Shown here in pieces: positions 6,379 to 15,548 of a DNA stretch of 20,000 bases. The notes under the pieces were generated by a model, which did no database searches, had not been told where the DNA came from, and saw only the letters and a program-made list of their open reading frames with translations. Source of the stretch: an uncultured virus (IMG/VR IMGVR_UViG_3300034101_005937). Its lineage: Duplodnaviria > Heunggongvirae > Uroviricota > Caudoviricetes. The translations under genes and the position numbers were made by a program. The first letter of the stretch is position 1. Each line of letters starts with the position of its first letter. Location: the IMG/VR virus record IMGVR_UViG_3300034101_005937, positions 57,852 to 77,851 of that record. The stretch is one strand, 5' to 3'.

Positions 6379-7382
6379 GATTCTAACATTCCTCTCCAAG
6401 TATTAATGTAACATTCCCTTATATTTTTCCAATTGTATTTTTTAACATAAGACATTAATTCTTCTCTATAATCCCATGTATTGTTCTTATACCAATCAAT
6501 CGCTTTAGCAATACAGTTGGGATCTTTCTTCAATACTAGTTTACAATTATTATTCAAACAATCAGCAGCACCAACTCCGTATGAAGCAATAACTGGTCTT
6601 CCAAATGTCATGGCTTCAAGAATCTCAATTCCAAAACCTTCCGTAACACTCGGTTGGACATAAACATTAATTGATTTAAAAAATTCATCTAATGTTTTCA
6701 CATAACCTAAAATATTATAATTAGCTCTACCACCAAATTGACGAATCATATGAATCAAATATGGCGATTGCTGTCCTGCAAATGTTAATACTGCATCCTT
6801 ATAATTCAATTTTGCCCAAGCCTCAATTAAATATTTAACTCCTTTATCTGGTCCAATTTGACCCAAGTACCCTACTGAAAAGGTTTTAGGATAAGGATAG
6901 TTAACCCCTTCATAGCATCCGTGAGGTATTACAGTTGTGTTTTTGCAGCCAAATTCTTGCATTACTTTATTGCTATGTTTGCTTGGACAAATAACAAGAT
7001 CAGCATCAATATAACTTGATATATATTGATTCCATAGTACGGGATTGCTAATGTGTGGAAAGTCATAAGGAATGCCAAGGATTTTAAATTCCTCTTGGCT
7101 TGCTTTAATATCGTGGGCTGCTGCCGTATAAGAAATCTTGATACCTTTTTCTTTCAATTTTTTAGTTAATTTAGGAAATGTTCCAGCATAAAAGTGTGCT
7201 AGTTTGTATTTTTCTAAATTGGGAATATCAATTACATTTTCTGCTTCAAACGGATCTTGAGTTGGTTGAGGATTAACTACATCAATTGGACCCAAATTGC
7301 TAAGTGCTTCCAATTCATTTTTGGTAACTGTGCCACCACCAGTTCCATTGCCAATTCTATCACAAGTGATGTAAAGAAACAT
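6375..7382 (-). CDS. glycosyltransferase family 4 (GT-B)
   Basis: Motifs ADLVICPS, VIPHG, YLGQIGPDKGVKYLIEAW and QPSVTEGFGIEILEAMTFGRPVIAS (EX7E). Confidence 0.92.
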   Translation of the reverse strand: MFLYITCDRIGNGTGGGTVTKNELEALSNLGPIDVVNPQPTQDPFEAENVIDIPNLEKYKLAHFYAGTFPKLTKKLKEKGIKISYTAAAHDIKASQEEFKILGIPYDFPHISNPVLWNQYISSYIDADLVICPSKHSNKVMQEFGCKNTTVIPHGCYEGVNYPYPKTFSVGYLGQIGPDKGVKYLIEAWAKLNYKDAVLTFAGQQSPYLIHMIRQFGGRANYNILGYVKTLDEFFKSINVYVQPSVTEGFGIEILEAMTFGRPVIASYGVGAADCLNNNCKLVLKKDPNCIAKAIDWYKNNTWDYREELMSYVKKYNWKNIRECYINTWRGMLES

Positions 7383-7442
7383 TTAATAATTTCCTTTTAA
7401 GTAAAGTTTGTCTGACTATCCGCAAATGCTAGTAAAGAAAAT

Positions 7443-8501
7443 TTACCAACCACCTGTATCAATCGCCTCATAACACAATTCTTCATACCTATTAACCATA
7501 TTTTCATAAGAAAATTGTCTTGCCCACTCAATACAGTTTTCTGACTTAATATCATTAACAGCATCAGACCTAATCAAATTTTCCATCTCATCCTGAGTCC
7601 TAACCAAGAATCCAGTCTCACCATGCTTAACTGTTTCACGCATTGCACCATTATCCCATGCAATAACTGGCATTCCACACAACTGCGCCTCAACAGGAGC
7701 TAATCCAAATGGTTCCCTGTAGTGCAAATTGGGGTGCAGAAGGGCTTTATTTGTATTAAACCAATCTACGCATTCATTCCTGTCTTGATGCCCTATATAA
7801 CGCAAATTTGGAGAAATAATACATGCGTCTTTAATCTTACGCAACAAATCTGGTTCACCAGTGATACGATCATCTCCAACTAAATCCAAACCAACTCCAC
7901 ATATGTTTGCAACACTACAAGCAATATGTGGACCTTTAATAGAACTGATTCTTGCTAAAAACAAATATCTGTTATTTCTGGCTTTATTACTTCTGGAATA
8001 AAAATCAACATCAACACCATTATAAGCAACTCTTGACCCGCACTTTAAATGTGTTGTGCATACTTCTGATTGATCTTTGCTGATACAAATAAAAGAAGGA
8101 AAAGGAACAGGAGGAGCAATGCTGTACATTGTTTCTACAGGAGCATGTAGGACACCTAAGATAGGTTGTGGAAGATGACCTTCCATCTTTAAGATATAAC
8201 TCCATTTTTCCCAGCTATGGTCAATAATTACATCAAATTGTGTTAGTTTTTCCCAATAACCAGAATATGCTTGTCTTTCAGATTCACCTAATGTGGTTTC
8301 ATGTAAATTTGCGTTAGTTTTTGATCCTTTAGGAGCAACAAGTGTTACATCATGACCTTTAGCATGCAAACCTTCGGCGCATTGCCAAGAAATCATCTCC
8401 AATCCAGCATATCCAGTTGGGGGACAAGGTAAAACTGTCGTTGATATTACACAGATCTTGAGTTTTTTGGTGCTGCTTGTTGGTAAATGTGTCATTTTCA
8501 T
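7443..8501 (-). CDS. glycosyltransferase family 4 (GT-B)
   Basis: Motifs PPTGYAGLE, GHDVTLVA, YNGVD, FLARISSIKG and EPFGLAPVEAQLCGMPVIAWDNGAMRETVKHGETGFLV. ATGA overlap with the upstream gene. Confidence 0.93.
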   Translation of the reverse strand: MKMTHLPTSSTKKLKICVISTTVLPCPPTGYAGLEMISWQCAEGLHAKGHDVTLVAPKGSKTNANLHETTLGESERQAYSGYWEKLTQFDVIIDHSWEKWSYILKMEGHLPQPILGVLHAPVETMYSIAPPVPFPSFICISKDQSEVCTTHLKCGSRVAYNGVDVDFYSRSNKARNNRYLFLARISSIKGPHIACSVANICGVGLDLVGDDRITGEPDLLRKIKDACIISPNLRYIGHQDRNECVDWFNTNKALLHPNLHYREPFGLAPVEAQLCGMPVIAWDNGAMRETVKHGETGFLVRTQDEMENLIRSDAVNDIKSENCIEWARQFSYENMVNRYEELCYEAIDTGGW

Positions 8502-9169
8502 GGTTTGATCTCCAATGGTTTGAATCCTTCAATACTGCTGCTACCAAGTCCACAATGAACGCATTGTATGCTTGTATCAACGTGGATCTTAAAGCCATGA
8601 TTTCGTGCATGTTTGCAGAAGGTGAAATCTTCGCTGGTCTTTTCTAAATGGGGAAGATCTGTCCTATCACAACGCCATTCAAACCAATGACAGCGATTGC
8701 TTAATGGTGGCAAACTCTCCAGAACAGATCTGTGAATCAAAAGACATCCAGCCCCGACATAGTCAACTTCTACAAGACTGTTAGCCGGATATTCAGTTAT
8801 CCACTGTGGACCATTTTGCGAATCTAGAAGCATTACGGGTGCTAACGGAGCATAACGCCTGTAATAGACACCACTTACGATTGGTTTGTTGTGACTTACT
8901 AATTTTGCTATTACATCAGGAGGCGGAATTACATCATCGTCTAAAAAGAAAAGCCATTCCCAGCCGAGTTCTAAGAGTTTTAAACACCCTGTATTTCTGG
9001 CATGATCAAACGGCATTCCCTGAAGTGCGGTCCACGCTCCACTTGGCATGTATATATTTCTTAAGCCAAATGCCCATGCTACTGTGCATGTTTCTCTTGT
9101 TAATATGCAGCCCAGAACTCTATTTTGATTGACTGGTGCTGTGTTGATTTGTTCCCATGATGCTGGCAT
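8498..9169 (-). CDS. glycosyltransferase family 2-like (GT-A)
   Basis: Motifs DHARN, WLFFLDDDVIPP, VSGVYYRR, VGAGCLLIHRSVLE and SEDFTFC..AR..GFKIHVD...CVH. The start at 9169 (MPASWEQ) is preferred over 9205. Confidence 0.88.
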   Translation of the reverse strand: MPASWEQINTAPVNQNRVLGCILTRETCTVAWAFGLRNIYMPSGAWTALQGMPFDHARNTGCLKLLELGWEWLFFLDDDVIPPPDVIAKLVSHNKPIVSGVYYRRYAPLAPVMLLDSQNGPQWITEYPANSLVEVDYVGAGCLLIHRSVLESLPPLSNRCHWFEWRCDRTDLPHLEKTSEDFTFCKHARNHGFKIHVDTSIQCVHCGLGSSSIEGFKPLEIKP

Positions 9170-9232
9170 AAAATTAATATAGAACAATTTAATTATAAAT
9201 TTCATCTCTCTTTTAAAACATAGGAGAAAAAC

Positions 9233-10402
9233 ATGAGCGAACTTATTCCGATTGATGAACGAGTTAATAAAGCAATTGATTTAGTAAAGGAAATGGAATC
9301 AGCTTTCCTTGAAATTCAAATGCCAAGAACAGAATTTGTTCTAAATAAGTTTGTAGTTGGTCAACATGACCACGATACCCTAGCATATTCTCAATGCGTT
9401 TTGGAGCTTCAAATCAAATATGATAATTTAAGGAGAGCAAAACTAGGAAGAAGAAAGATTGAAATTCAGATTAAGGAACTTGAAGACAAGGGAACTGAGA
9501 TTGATCAGATTGACGCAGATCTAAAACGAATTGACCTAGAAGAGCAAGATCGTGCAGTATTGGGCGCTTTAAGAGAGTTTGAATCTCTTTATAAGATTTG
9601 GCAAAGTTTCCCCAAGAAGTATACACGACAAGAAATTGATGCTGCTCAACCTGATTATTGGAAGCTTCGTCTAGAAAGACAAGCACAACAAGATCTTCAG
9701 GCGACTGGTAGAATTGGTGTTGGCAACAGTGAAGCACTACGCCAGATCAATCTTACTGGTACACCTAAGTTGGATCATATTCGAGAGGTCGAAAAAAAAT
9801 ATTTGGAAGTCGGTGATGTTAAAGTTTTAATTGTTGTTCCGACAAGGGAAAAGGCAGAGACTTTGCCTGTATTAGAGAAGTTAGCTATTCCTTCTGGTGT
9901 TCAGATTAAGTATCTTAACGTGTTTGGCAGATCGACAGCCGATGCATATAATGATGCTATTCAGACTGCTTTGGATGATGGTGCAGACTTCCTTCTTACT
10001 GTAGAAGATGATACTTTTCCTCCTGATGATGGATTCTTTAAGTTGTTGCAAAGATACAGGGAAATTGGCGATCCGAAGGTAGTTTTGGGCGGATATTATG
10101 TGAAAAAGCAAGAAAACAGGGAAGGTGTTCATATACAAATCGTCGGGGGAAAGAGACAATCCCTGACGTTATGTAACAAAGATGTTGGTGTATATGAAGT
10201 TTACACGATTGCTCAAGGATTTACTCTTTTCCCTATGGAATGTTTTTTACAGACCGAGTATCCTTGGACTGTAACAACGGCTCATCTTACACAAGATAGT
10301 TTCTTATCGCAAAAGCTTCGTGACAAGGGATTCAAGTTGTTGGTCGATGGTAATGTCAGGTGTCGTCATTTGGATGTGACTAGTGGAAAGTATTATGAAT
10401 GA
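9233..10402 (+). CDS. fusion of an N-terminal coiled-coil phage domain and a C-terminal GT2-like (GT-A) domain
   Basis: SD AGGAG. Residues 1 to about 190 are helical/coiled coil (FVVGQH..Y.QCVLEL...YWKLRLERQA..G.IG.GN.EAL). From about 9818 come VLIVVPTR, AYNDAI, FLLTVEDDT, GGYY, GFTL and TQDSFLSQKLRDKGFKLLVDGNVRCRH. Confidence 0.8.
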   Translation: MSELIPIDERVNKAIDLVKEMESAFLEIQMPRTEFVLNKFVVGQHDHDTLAYSQCVLELQIKYDNLRRAKLGRRKIEIQIKELEDKGTEIDQIDADLKRIDLEEQDRAVLGALREFESLYKIWQSFPKKYTRQEIDAAQPDYWKLRLERQAQQDLQATGRIGVGNSEALRQINLTGTPKLDHIREVEKKYLEVGDVKVLIVVPTREKAETLPVLEKLAIPSGVQIKYLNVFGRSTADAYNDAIQTALDDGADFLLTVEDDTFPPDDGFFKLLQRYREIGDPKVVLGGYYVKKQENREGVHIQIVGGKRQSLTLCNKDVGVYEVYTIAQGFTLFPMECFLQTEYPWTVTTAHLTQDSFLSQKLRDKGFKLLVDGNVRCRHLDVTSGKYYE

Positions 10403-10426
10403 AATTAAGTGTATTTTTGATAATTT

Positions 10427-13400
10427 TTAGATGTTATAAGGTAAGTTGCCTTGAAATCCTGATCTATTAATTCTTGGTGAAGGCATAACGAATATTCCTC
10501 CGCTTATTGCAATACCAATTTGTTGTTGCATATTACCTGATAGGAATGCAGCCCCAGAAGATGTTCCAAGCATTCCGCTTAGATTGACTATATTGCCACC
10601 TGAGCCTACATATAATGGTAGTCCTTGGAATCCAGAAATTCCGTTATTTAAACCAGAGTTTTGGGCAAGTGTTCCAGTTCTTCCAACTCCTCCTAAATAA
10701 AACACTCTTCCTGTTGATCCGCTATTAACATTTCCGCTTGTCACACCAATTGCTGGCAATCTTAGTCCACTTGCTCTTTGTGCCCTTGATATTCTGCCTC
10801 CAGAAGTAATGCATACTGCTTTGATACCTGAACACTGTTCTTGGAAAATAAACGAATCAGACAAAGGAAAATTTGTATTTAATCCTGCTGTTTGGGCGAA
10901 GTCAACGGCAGGATCAATTGAACCAGAACCAACCATGCTGCTTGTGACAATGAAGTTAGAAGAAAAATGTCCTGAATTGATTTGGCGATCACCAATATTT
11001 CCTGATCTTATTGGATCACCAAGCAGATCTACTAGTCTTAAAAGACCGCTTGAGAAGTTACCAGAGAGTAATGTTTCACGGGCAAAATGTGATGGACCAA
11101 TTTCTCCAGATGGAATGTGTCCACTATTGACTGCTGCTCTTCTTGTTGCGCTAAACCATCTTGTAAATGGTGTATATCCTCCGATAACGCTGAATATTGA
11201 GTTTGAATTAATATTACCGCTTACAACTGAATTGTCTGCAAAGCTAGCAGCTATTATTCTATTAGCTGCTGTTGTTGTTAGTTTTCCTGATGTGACAATT
11301 TCATTGTAACTAAATATTGGTGAACTTCCCCCATCAACACCAGCTAAATAAGCTCTTGCTTGACTTAAATTAGCAGTTGTTTGTGCAGTAGTTGTATCTG
11401 TCGAATACGTTAATTTATCTGCTGTTGAAACATAGACAGTGTTACCATTCCCGCCAGCAAAATAACCTTTTGTAGATAGTTCCGAAATCCCAGCTGGACT
11501 ATATCTTGCTTGGCTTAGATTTGCAGTAGTTTGAGCAGAAGTTGTATCCGTTGAATATGTTAATTTATCTGCTGTTGCAGCATCTACTCCAGCACCAGTT
11601 AATCCACCAGCGAAATAGCCTTTTGTTGAATCACCAGAACAACCAGCTAAACGCCCTTTCGATTGACTTAGATTTGCTGTTGTTTGAGTGGCAGTTGTAT
11701 CACTTGAATATGTCAACTTGTCTGCTGTTGCAACATAATTTCCAGTATTTCCTCCAGCGAAATAACCTTTTGTTGAATCGCCAGAACAACCAGCTAAACC
11801 TTCTCTTGATTGACTTAAATTAGCAGTTGTTTGAGCAGCTGTTGTATCACCAGCGTATGTTATTTTATCTGTGGTTGCAACAATTGCACCACTATCTCCA
11901 CCAGCGAAATAACCTTTTGTAATTCTCTCTGAAACTCCAGCTAATTCATATCTTGCTTGGCTTAAATTTGCTGGTGATTGAGTAATAATTGTAGCTGTTG
12001 CATATATTAATCTATCTGTTGTTGTAAGCAAAGTGGCACTAGATCCTCCAGCGAAATAGCCTTTTGTTGAATCGCCAGAACAACCAGCCAATCCATATCT
12101 TGCTTGGCTAAGATTGGCAGTTGTTTGAACGACCGTTATATCTGTTGAATATGTTAATTTGTCTACTATTGAAAAAGAGCCAGCATTGAATCCACCAGCA
12201 AAATATCCTGCATTTTCATAAGATTGAATGTATTGAAATGCGTTGTTATTAATTGAACCAATACCACCACCACCAGCATCAAAATAACCAGCGATAATAC
12301 CGCCTGAAACAAGTTGCGAATAAGGAACAGCCCATAATCCACTTGTTAAACTATTTCTATCGACACATCCGAAGTTAAAACTTCCTGAAGATAGTGCTGC
12401 ATCTCCAAAGTGTCCACTATTAATAAATCCTGAGCTTGTATGGAATCTAAATATTTGACCGCTGGCAATAGCTCCGCTTCCAACTCCTTGATTACTTATT
12501 TTTGTATTACCTATAATTCCGCTTCTGATACCGCCGCTTAGAATTGAATTAAAGGTTAAATTAGTAGTCAAAATTGAAGCTGCAAATATTAGACTAGCTC
12601 CTGCTGCAATTGAGGCGGGTTCTAAATTAAAAACTGACTGACTGCCTAATCTGCTACTGGCATTTACTGCTCCAGATGCAATGTTAAAACTATTTATTTC
12701 TCCACTTGCAATGTGTGGAGAGCCAATTTTTCCACCAGAGTTAACGGCAGAACTTGCAAGAATTTGACCACTTCCAACAGATTCATTGCCAAAACTACTG
12801 CTAATAAGAAGACCAGAGCTTAGAGAAAATACTGGTATTTGTCCTGAAGCTATTGCTCCGCTATAAATTGATTGATTAGAAAGTTTGAATCTTGATATTA
12901 TACCACTTCCGATTAGACCGCTGCTAACAGATTGATCAGATAAATGAAATGTTGAAATTTGACCAGAAGAAATATTTCCACTAGTTACAGCAGTATCACC
13001 AAAAACTCCACTATTTAAGATGGGATTTAGAAAACTATTTCCTCCTTGCCCAACTCCAGCCAAAAAATTTCTTGCTTGACTTAAATTTGCAGTATTTTGT
13101 GCGGCAGTTGTATCAGTTGCAAATGTTAATTTGTCTGCTGTTGTAACAAATGATCCAGTAGTTCCGCCAGCAAAATAACCTTTTGTTATTCTTTCTGAAG
13201 CACCAGCTAAACCATATATTGCTTGACTTAGATCTGCTGTTGTTTGTGCAACAGTTGTATCTGTTGAATATGTCAATTTGTCTGCTGTTGCTACAGCTGC
13301 ACCTGTAGATCCACCAGCAAAATAACTTTTTGTTGATTCTTCAGAAACTCCTGCTAAGTATCCTCTTGCTTGACTTAGATTTGCGCTTGTTTGAGCAGTA

Positions 13401-15535
13401 GTTGTATCTGTTGAATACGTTAACTTATCTGCTGTTGCTACTACTGTATCAAGATCCTGATCTACGACACCACCGGCGAAATAACCTTTTGTTGACGTTC
13501 CATCAACACTAGCCGTATATCTTGCTTGACTTAAATTAGCACTTGTTTGAGCAGTAGTTGTGTCTGTTGAATATGTTAATTTATCTGCTGTTGAAACAAC
13601 TGCACCTGTATATCCACCAGCGAAATAACCTTTTGTTGTTCCTTCAGAAACTCCTGCCGAAAAATATCTTGCTTGACTTAAATTTGCAGTAGTCTGGGCA
13701 ACAGTTCCATCACTTGAATACGTTAATTTGTCTGCTGTTGCGACAAGAACAGCAATTCCAGTATATCCACCAGCAAAATAACCTTTTGTTGAATCTCCAG
13801 AACAACCTGCCAATCGACTTCTTGCTTGGCTTAGATTTGCGCTTGATTGAGCAGTAGTTGTATCAGTTGAATATACCAATTTATCTGTTGTTGCGGCAAC
13901 TGTTGTCAGGTCAAAACCAGTATTTCCACCAGCAAAATAACCCTTTGTTAGTCCGAATATCGACGTAACAGGATTAGTTGCATTATTTGTTGCTCCAGAG
14001 GAAAAATGAAATTGTCCAATTTGACCAGAAGATATATTGCCACTAGTTATAGCATTATTGCCAATGTTTCCAGATTGAACTTGTCCAGAAGAAAGAACAA
14101 TTGCTCCAGAACTAAGGTGAAATCTTCCAACCTGCCCAGACGCAATATTTCCACTAGATACAGCATTATCACCAATATTGCCAGATTTAACTTGTCCAGA
14201 AGATAACGTAATTATAATGTGAAACTGTCCAACTTGTCCACTTGCAACATTTCCAGAAAAAATGCAATTGTTTCCAAATACTGTTGTATATTCTTGACTT
14301 GCACCAGCCAGCCCGTTTCTTGCTTGGCTTAGATTTGCGCTTGTTTGAGCAACAGTTGTGTCTGTTGAATATGTTAGTTTATCTGCTGTAACAACATATG
14401 CACCTGAAAATCCACCAGCAAAGTAACCTTTTGTTAATCCTTCTGAAACACCAGCTAAACCTGTCCTTGCTTGGCTTAAGTTTGCACTTGTTTGAGCAGC
14501 TGTTGTATCTGTTGAATATGTCAGCGAATAAGTCAATAGTATTCTAACTGGAGAAGCACCGCTTCCTGTTTGACCTCCTGCAAAATATCCTTTTTTTGTA
14601 TTATCTGAAACAGAAGATAAAGATGATGTCGCCTGTATTAAATTGGCACTTGTTTGAGCAGCAGTAGTATCACTTGAATAAGTGATTTTATCCGTAGTCG
14701 ATACAAAAGTAAGAGCACTTGTAGCTCCTCCAGCAAAATAACCTTTATTCCTTTCTCCAGAACATCCTGTTAAAATTTGTCTTGCTTGGCTTAAATTAGC
14801 ACTTGTTTGAGCAATAGTTATATCATTTGAATATGTGATTTTATCTGTTGTTGTAGAATAATTATCTGAAAATCCACCAGCAAAATAACCTTTTATTGAC
14901 CCCTGAGTGACACCGCACAAATTATCTCTGGAAGAACTTAAATTTGCAGAAGTAATAGCGTTGGTAGTTTCTGCAAGATATGTCAATTTGTTTGTTATTG
15001 TGAGATTACCTCCAGCAAAATAACCTTTCGTCCCTTCTCCAGAACAGCCAGCCAATCCTTGACTTACTTCTTTGAGATTTGCAGTTGTTTGTGCGGCGGT
15101 TGTATCATTGATGTATGTGATTTTATCTGATGTTGCGACAGTAGCGCCTGAAAAGCCGCCAGCAAAAAATCCTTTTGAACCACCTGTTGCATTATTTACC
15201 AAAATTCCAACATTATAATCATTTATTTGATATTGACCCACCTGACCAGAACCAATATTTCCACTATTTACAGCATTGTTACCAATATTTCCAGAAATAA
15301 CAGAACCAGAAGCAAGAGATAATCCACCACCACCTACACCACTAGCCAAATGAAAAGATCCAATACTACCACTAGCAATATTTCCACTGAAGACAACAGG
15401 AGTACTTAATTGCCCACTTGTTACGTTTCCAGAAGATCCGACTGAAGCCCAATAAACATTATTCCAAATCCAACTTTTGGATAAGTAGTCATATCTTTGA
15501 CCTGAAGATGGTGAGCTTGGAAAATCAATTGGCAT
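10427..15535 (-). CDS. 1702-aa virion fibre/adhesin with Ser/Gly decapeptide repeats, three Kelch-like beta-propellers and a C-terminal cement-like domain
   Basis: N-terminus MPIDFPSSP..GQ.Y....W.W...W. Contains SGQIGQFHLSSG and VSSGNIA repeats and 18 GYFAGG..TADKLTYSTDT..AQT.ANLSQAR..LAG repeats. The C-terminus is shared with 15549-17675. Confidence 0.8.
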   Translation of the reverse strand: MPIDFPSSPSSGQRYDYLSKSWIWNNVYWASVGSSGNVTSGQLSTPVVFSGNIASGSIGSFHLASGVGGGGLSLASGSVISGNIGNNAVNSGNIGSGQVGQYQINDYNVGILVNNATGGSKGFFAGGFSGATVATSDKITYINDTTAAQTTANLKEVSQGLAGCSGEGTKGYFAGGNLTITNKLTYLAETTNAITSANLSSSRDNLCGVTQGSIKGYFAGGFSDNYSTTTDKITYSNDITIAQTSANLSQARQILTGCSGERNKGYFAGGATSALTFVSTTDKITYSSDTTAAQTSANLIQATSSLSSVSDNTKKGYFAGGQTGSGASPVRILLTYSLTYSTDTTAAQTSANLSQARTGLAGVSEGLTKGYFAGGFSGAYVVTADKLTYSTDTTVAQTSANLSQARNGLAGASQEYTTVFGNNCIFSGNVASGQVGQFHIIITLSSGQVKSGNIGDNAVSSGNIASGQVGRFHLSSGAIVLSSGQVQSGNIGNNAITSGNISSGQIGQFHFSSGATNNATNPVTSIFGLTKGYFAGGNTGFDLTTVAATTDKLVYSTDTTTAQSSANLSQARSRLAGCSGDSTKGYFAGGYTGIAVLVATADKLTYSSDGTVAQTTANLSQARYFSAGVSEGTTKGYFAGGYTGAVVSTADKLTYSTDTTTAQTSANLSQARYTASVDGTSTKGYFAGGVVDQDLDTVVATADKLTYSTDTTTAQTSANLSQARGYLAGVSEESTKSYFAGGSTGAAVATADKLTYSTDTTVAQTTADLSQAIYGLAGASERITKGYFAGGTTGSFVTTADKLTFATDTTAAQNTANLSQARNFLAGVGQGGNSFLNPILNSGVFGDTAVTSGNISSGQISTFHLSDQSVSSGLIGSGIISRFKLSNQSIYSGAIASGQIPVFSLSSGLLISSSFGNESVGSGQILASSAVNSGGKIGSPHIASGEINSFNIASGAVNASSRLGSQSVFNLEPASIAAGASLIFAASILTTNLTFNSILSGGIRSGIIGNTKISNQGVGSGAIASGQIFRFHTSSGFINSGHFGDAALSSGSFNFGCVDRNSLTSGLWAVPYSQLVSGGIIAGYFDAGGGGIGSINNNAFQYIQSYENAGYFAGGFNAGSFSIVDKLTYSTDITVVQTTANLSQARYGLAGCSGDSTKGYFAGGSSATLLTTTDRLIYATATIITQSPANLSQARYELAGVSERITKGYFAGGDSGAIVATTDKITYAGDTTAAQTTANLSQSREGLAGCSGDSTKGYFAGGNTGNYVATADKLTYSSDTTATQTTANLSQSKGRLAGCSGDSTKGYFAGGLTGAGVDAATADKLTYSTDTTSAQTTANLSQARYSPAGISELSTKGYFAGGNGNTVYVSTADKLTYSTDTTTAQTTANLSQARAYLAGVDGGSSPIFSYNEIVTSGKLTTTAANRIIAASFADNSVVSGNINSNSIFSVIGGYTPFTRWFSATRRAAVNSGHIPSGEIGPSHFARETLLSGNFSSGLLRLVDLLGDPIRSGNIGDRQINSGHFSSNFIVTSSMVGSGSIDPAVDFAQTAGLNTNFPLSDSFIFQEQCSGIKAVCITSGGRISRAQRASGLRLPAIGVTSGNVNSGSTGRVFYLGGVGRTGTLAQNSGLNNGISGFQGLPLYVGSGGNIVNLSGMLGTSSGAAFLSGNMQQQIGIAISGGIFVMPSPRINRSGFQGNLPYNI
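11330..12212 (-). repeat. six Kelch-like repeats of about 52 aa (propeller 3)
   Basis: Six GYFAGG-initiated units counted in the translation; boundaries approximate. Confidence 0.8.
13045..13950 (-). repeat. six Kelch-like repeats of about 52 aa (propeller 2)
   Basis: Six (G/S)YFAGG-initiated units; boundaries approximate. Confidence 0.8.
14295..15180 (-). repeat. six Kelch-like repeats of about 50 aa (propeller 1)
   Basis: Six G(F/Y)FAGG-initiated units; boundaries approximate. Confidence 0.8.
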
Positions 15536-15548
15536 AAATTAAACTCTT

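Noticed and set aside
4753..10402. Bacterial LPS/capsule locus
   Set aside because: No wzx/wzy/ABC exporter or nucleotide-sugar genes are present, and the flanks are phage-like. Host surface conversion cannot be fully excluded.
11330..15180. CRISPR array or DGR template/variable repeats
   Set aside because: The repeats are in-frame protein repeats of about 150-160 bp with synonymous divergence. There are no unique spacers, no cas or reverse transcriptase gene, and no evident adenine-specific mismatch pattern.
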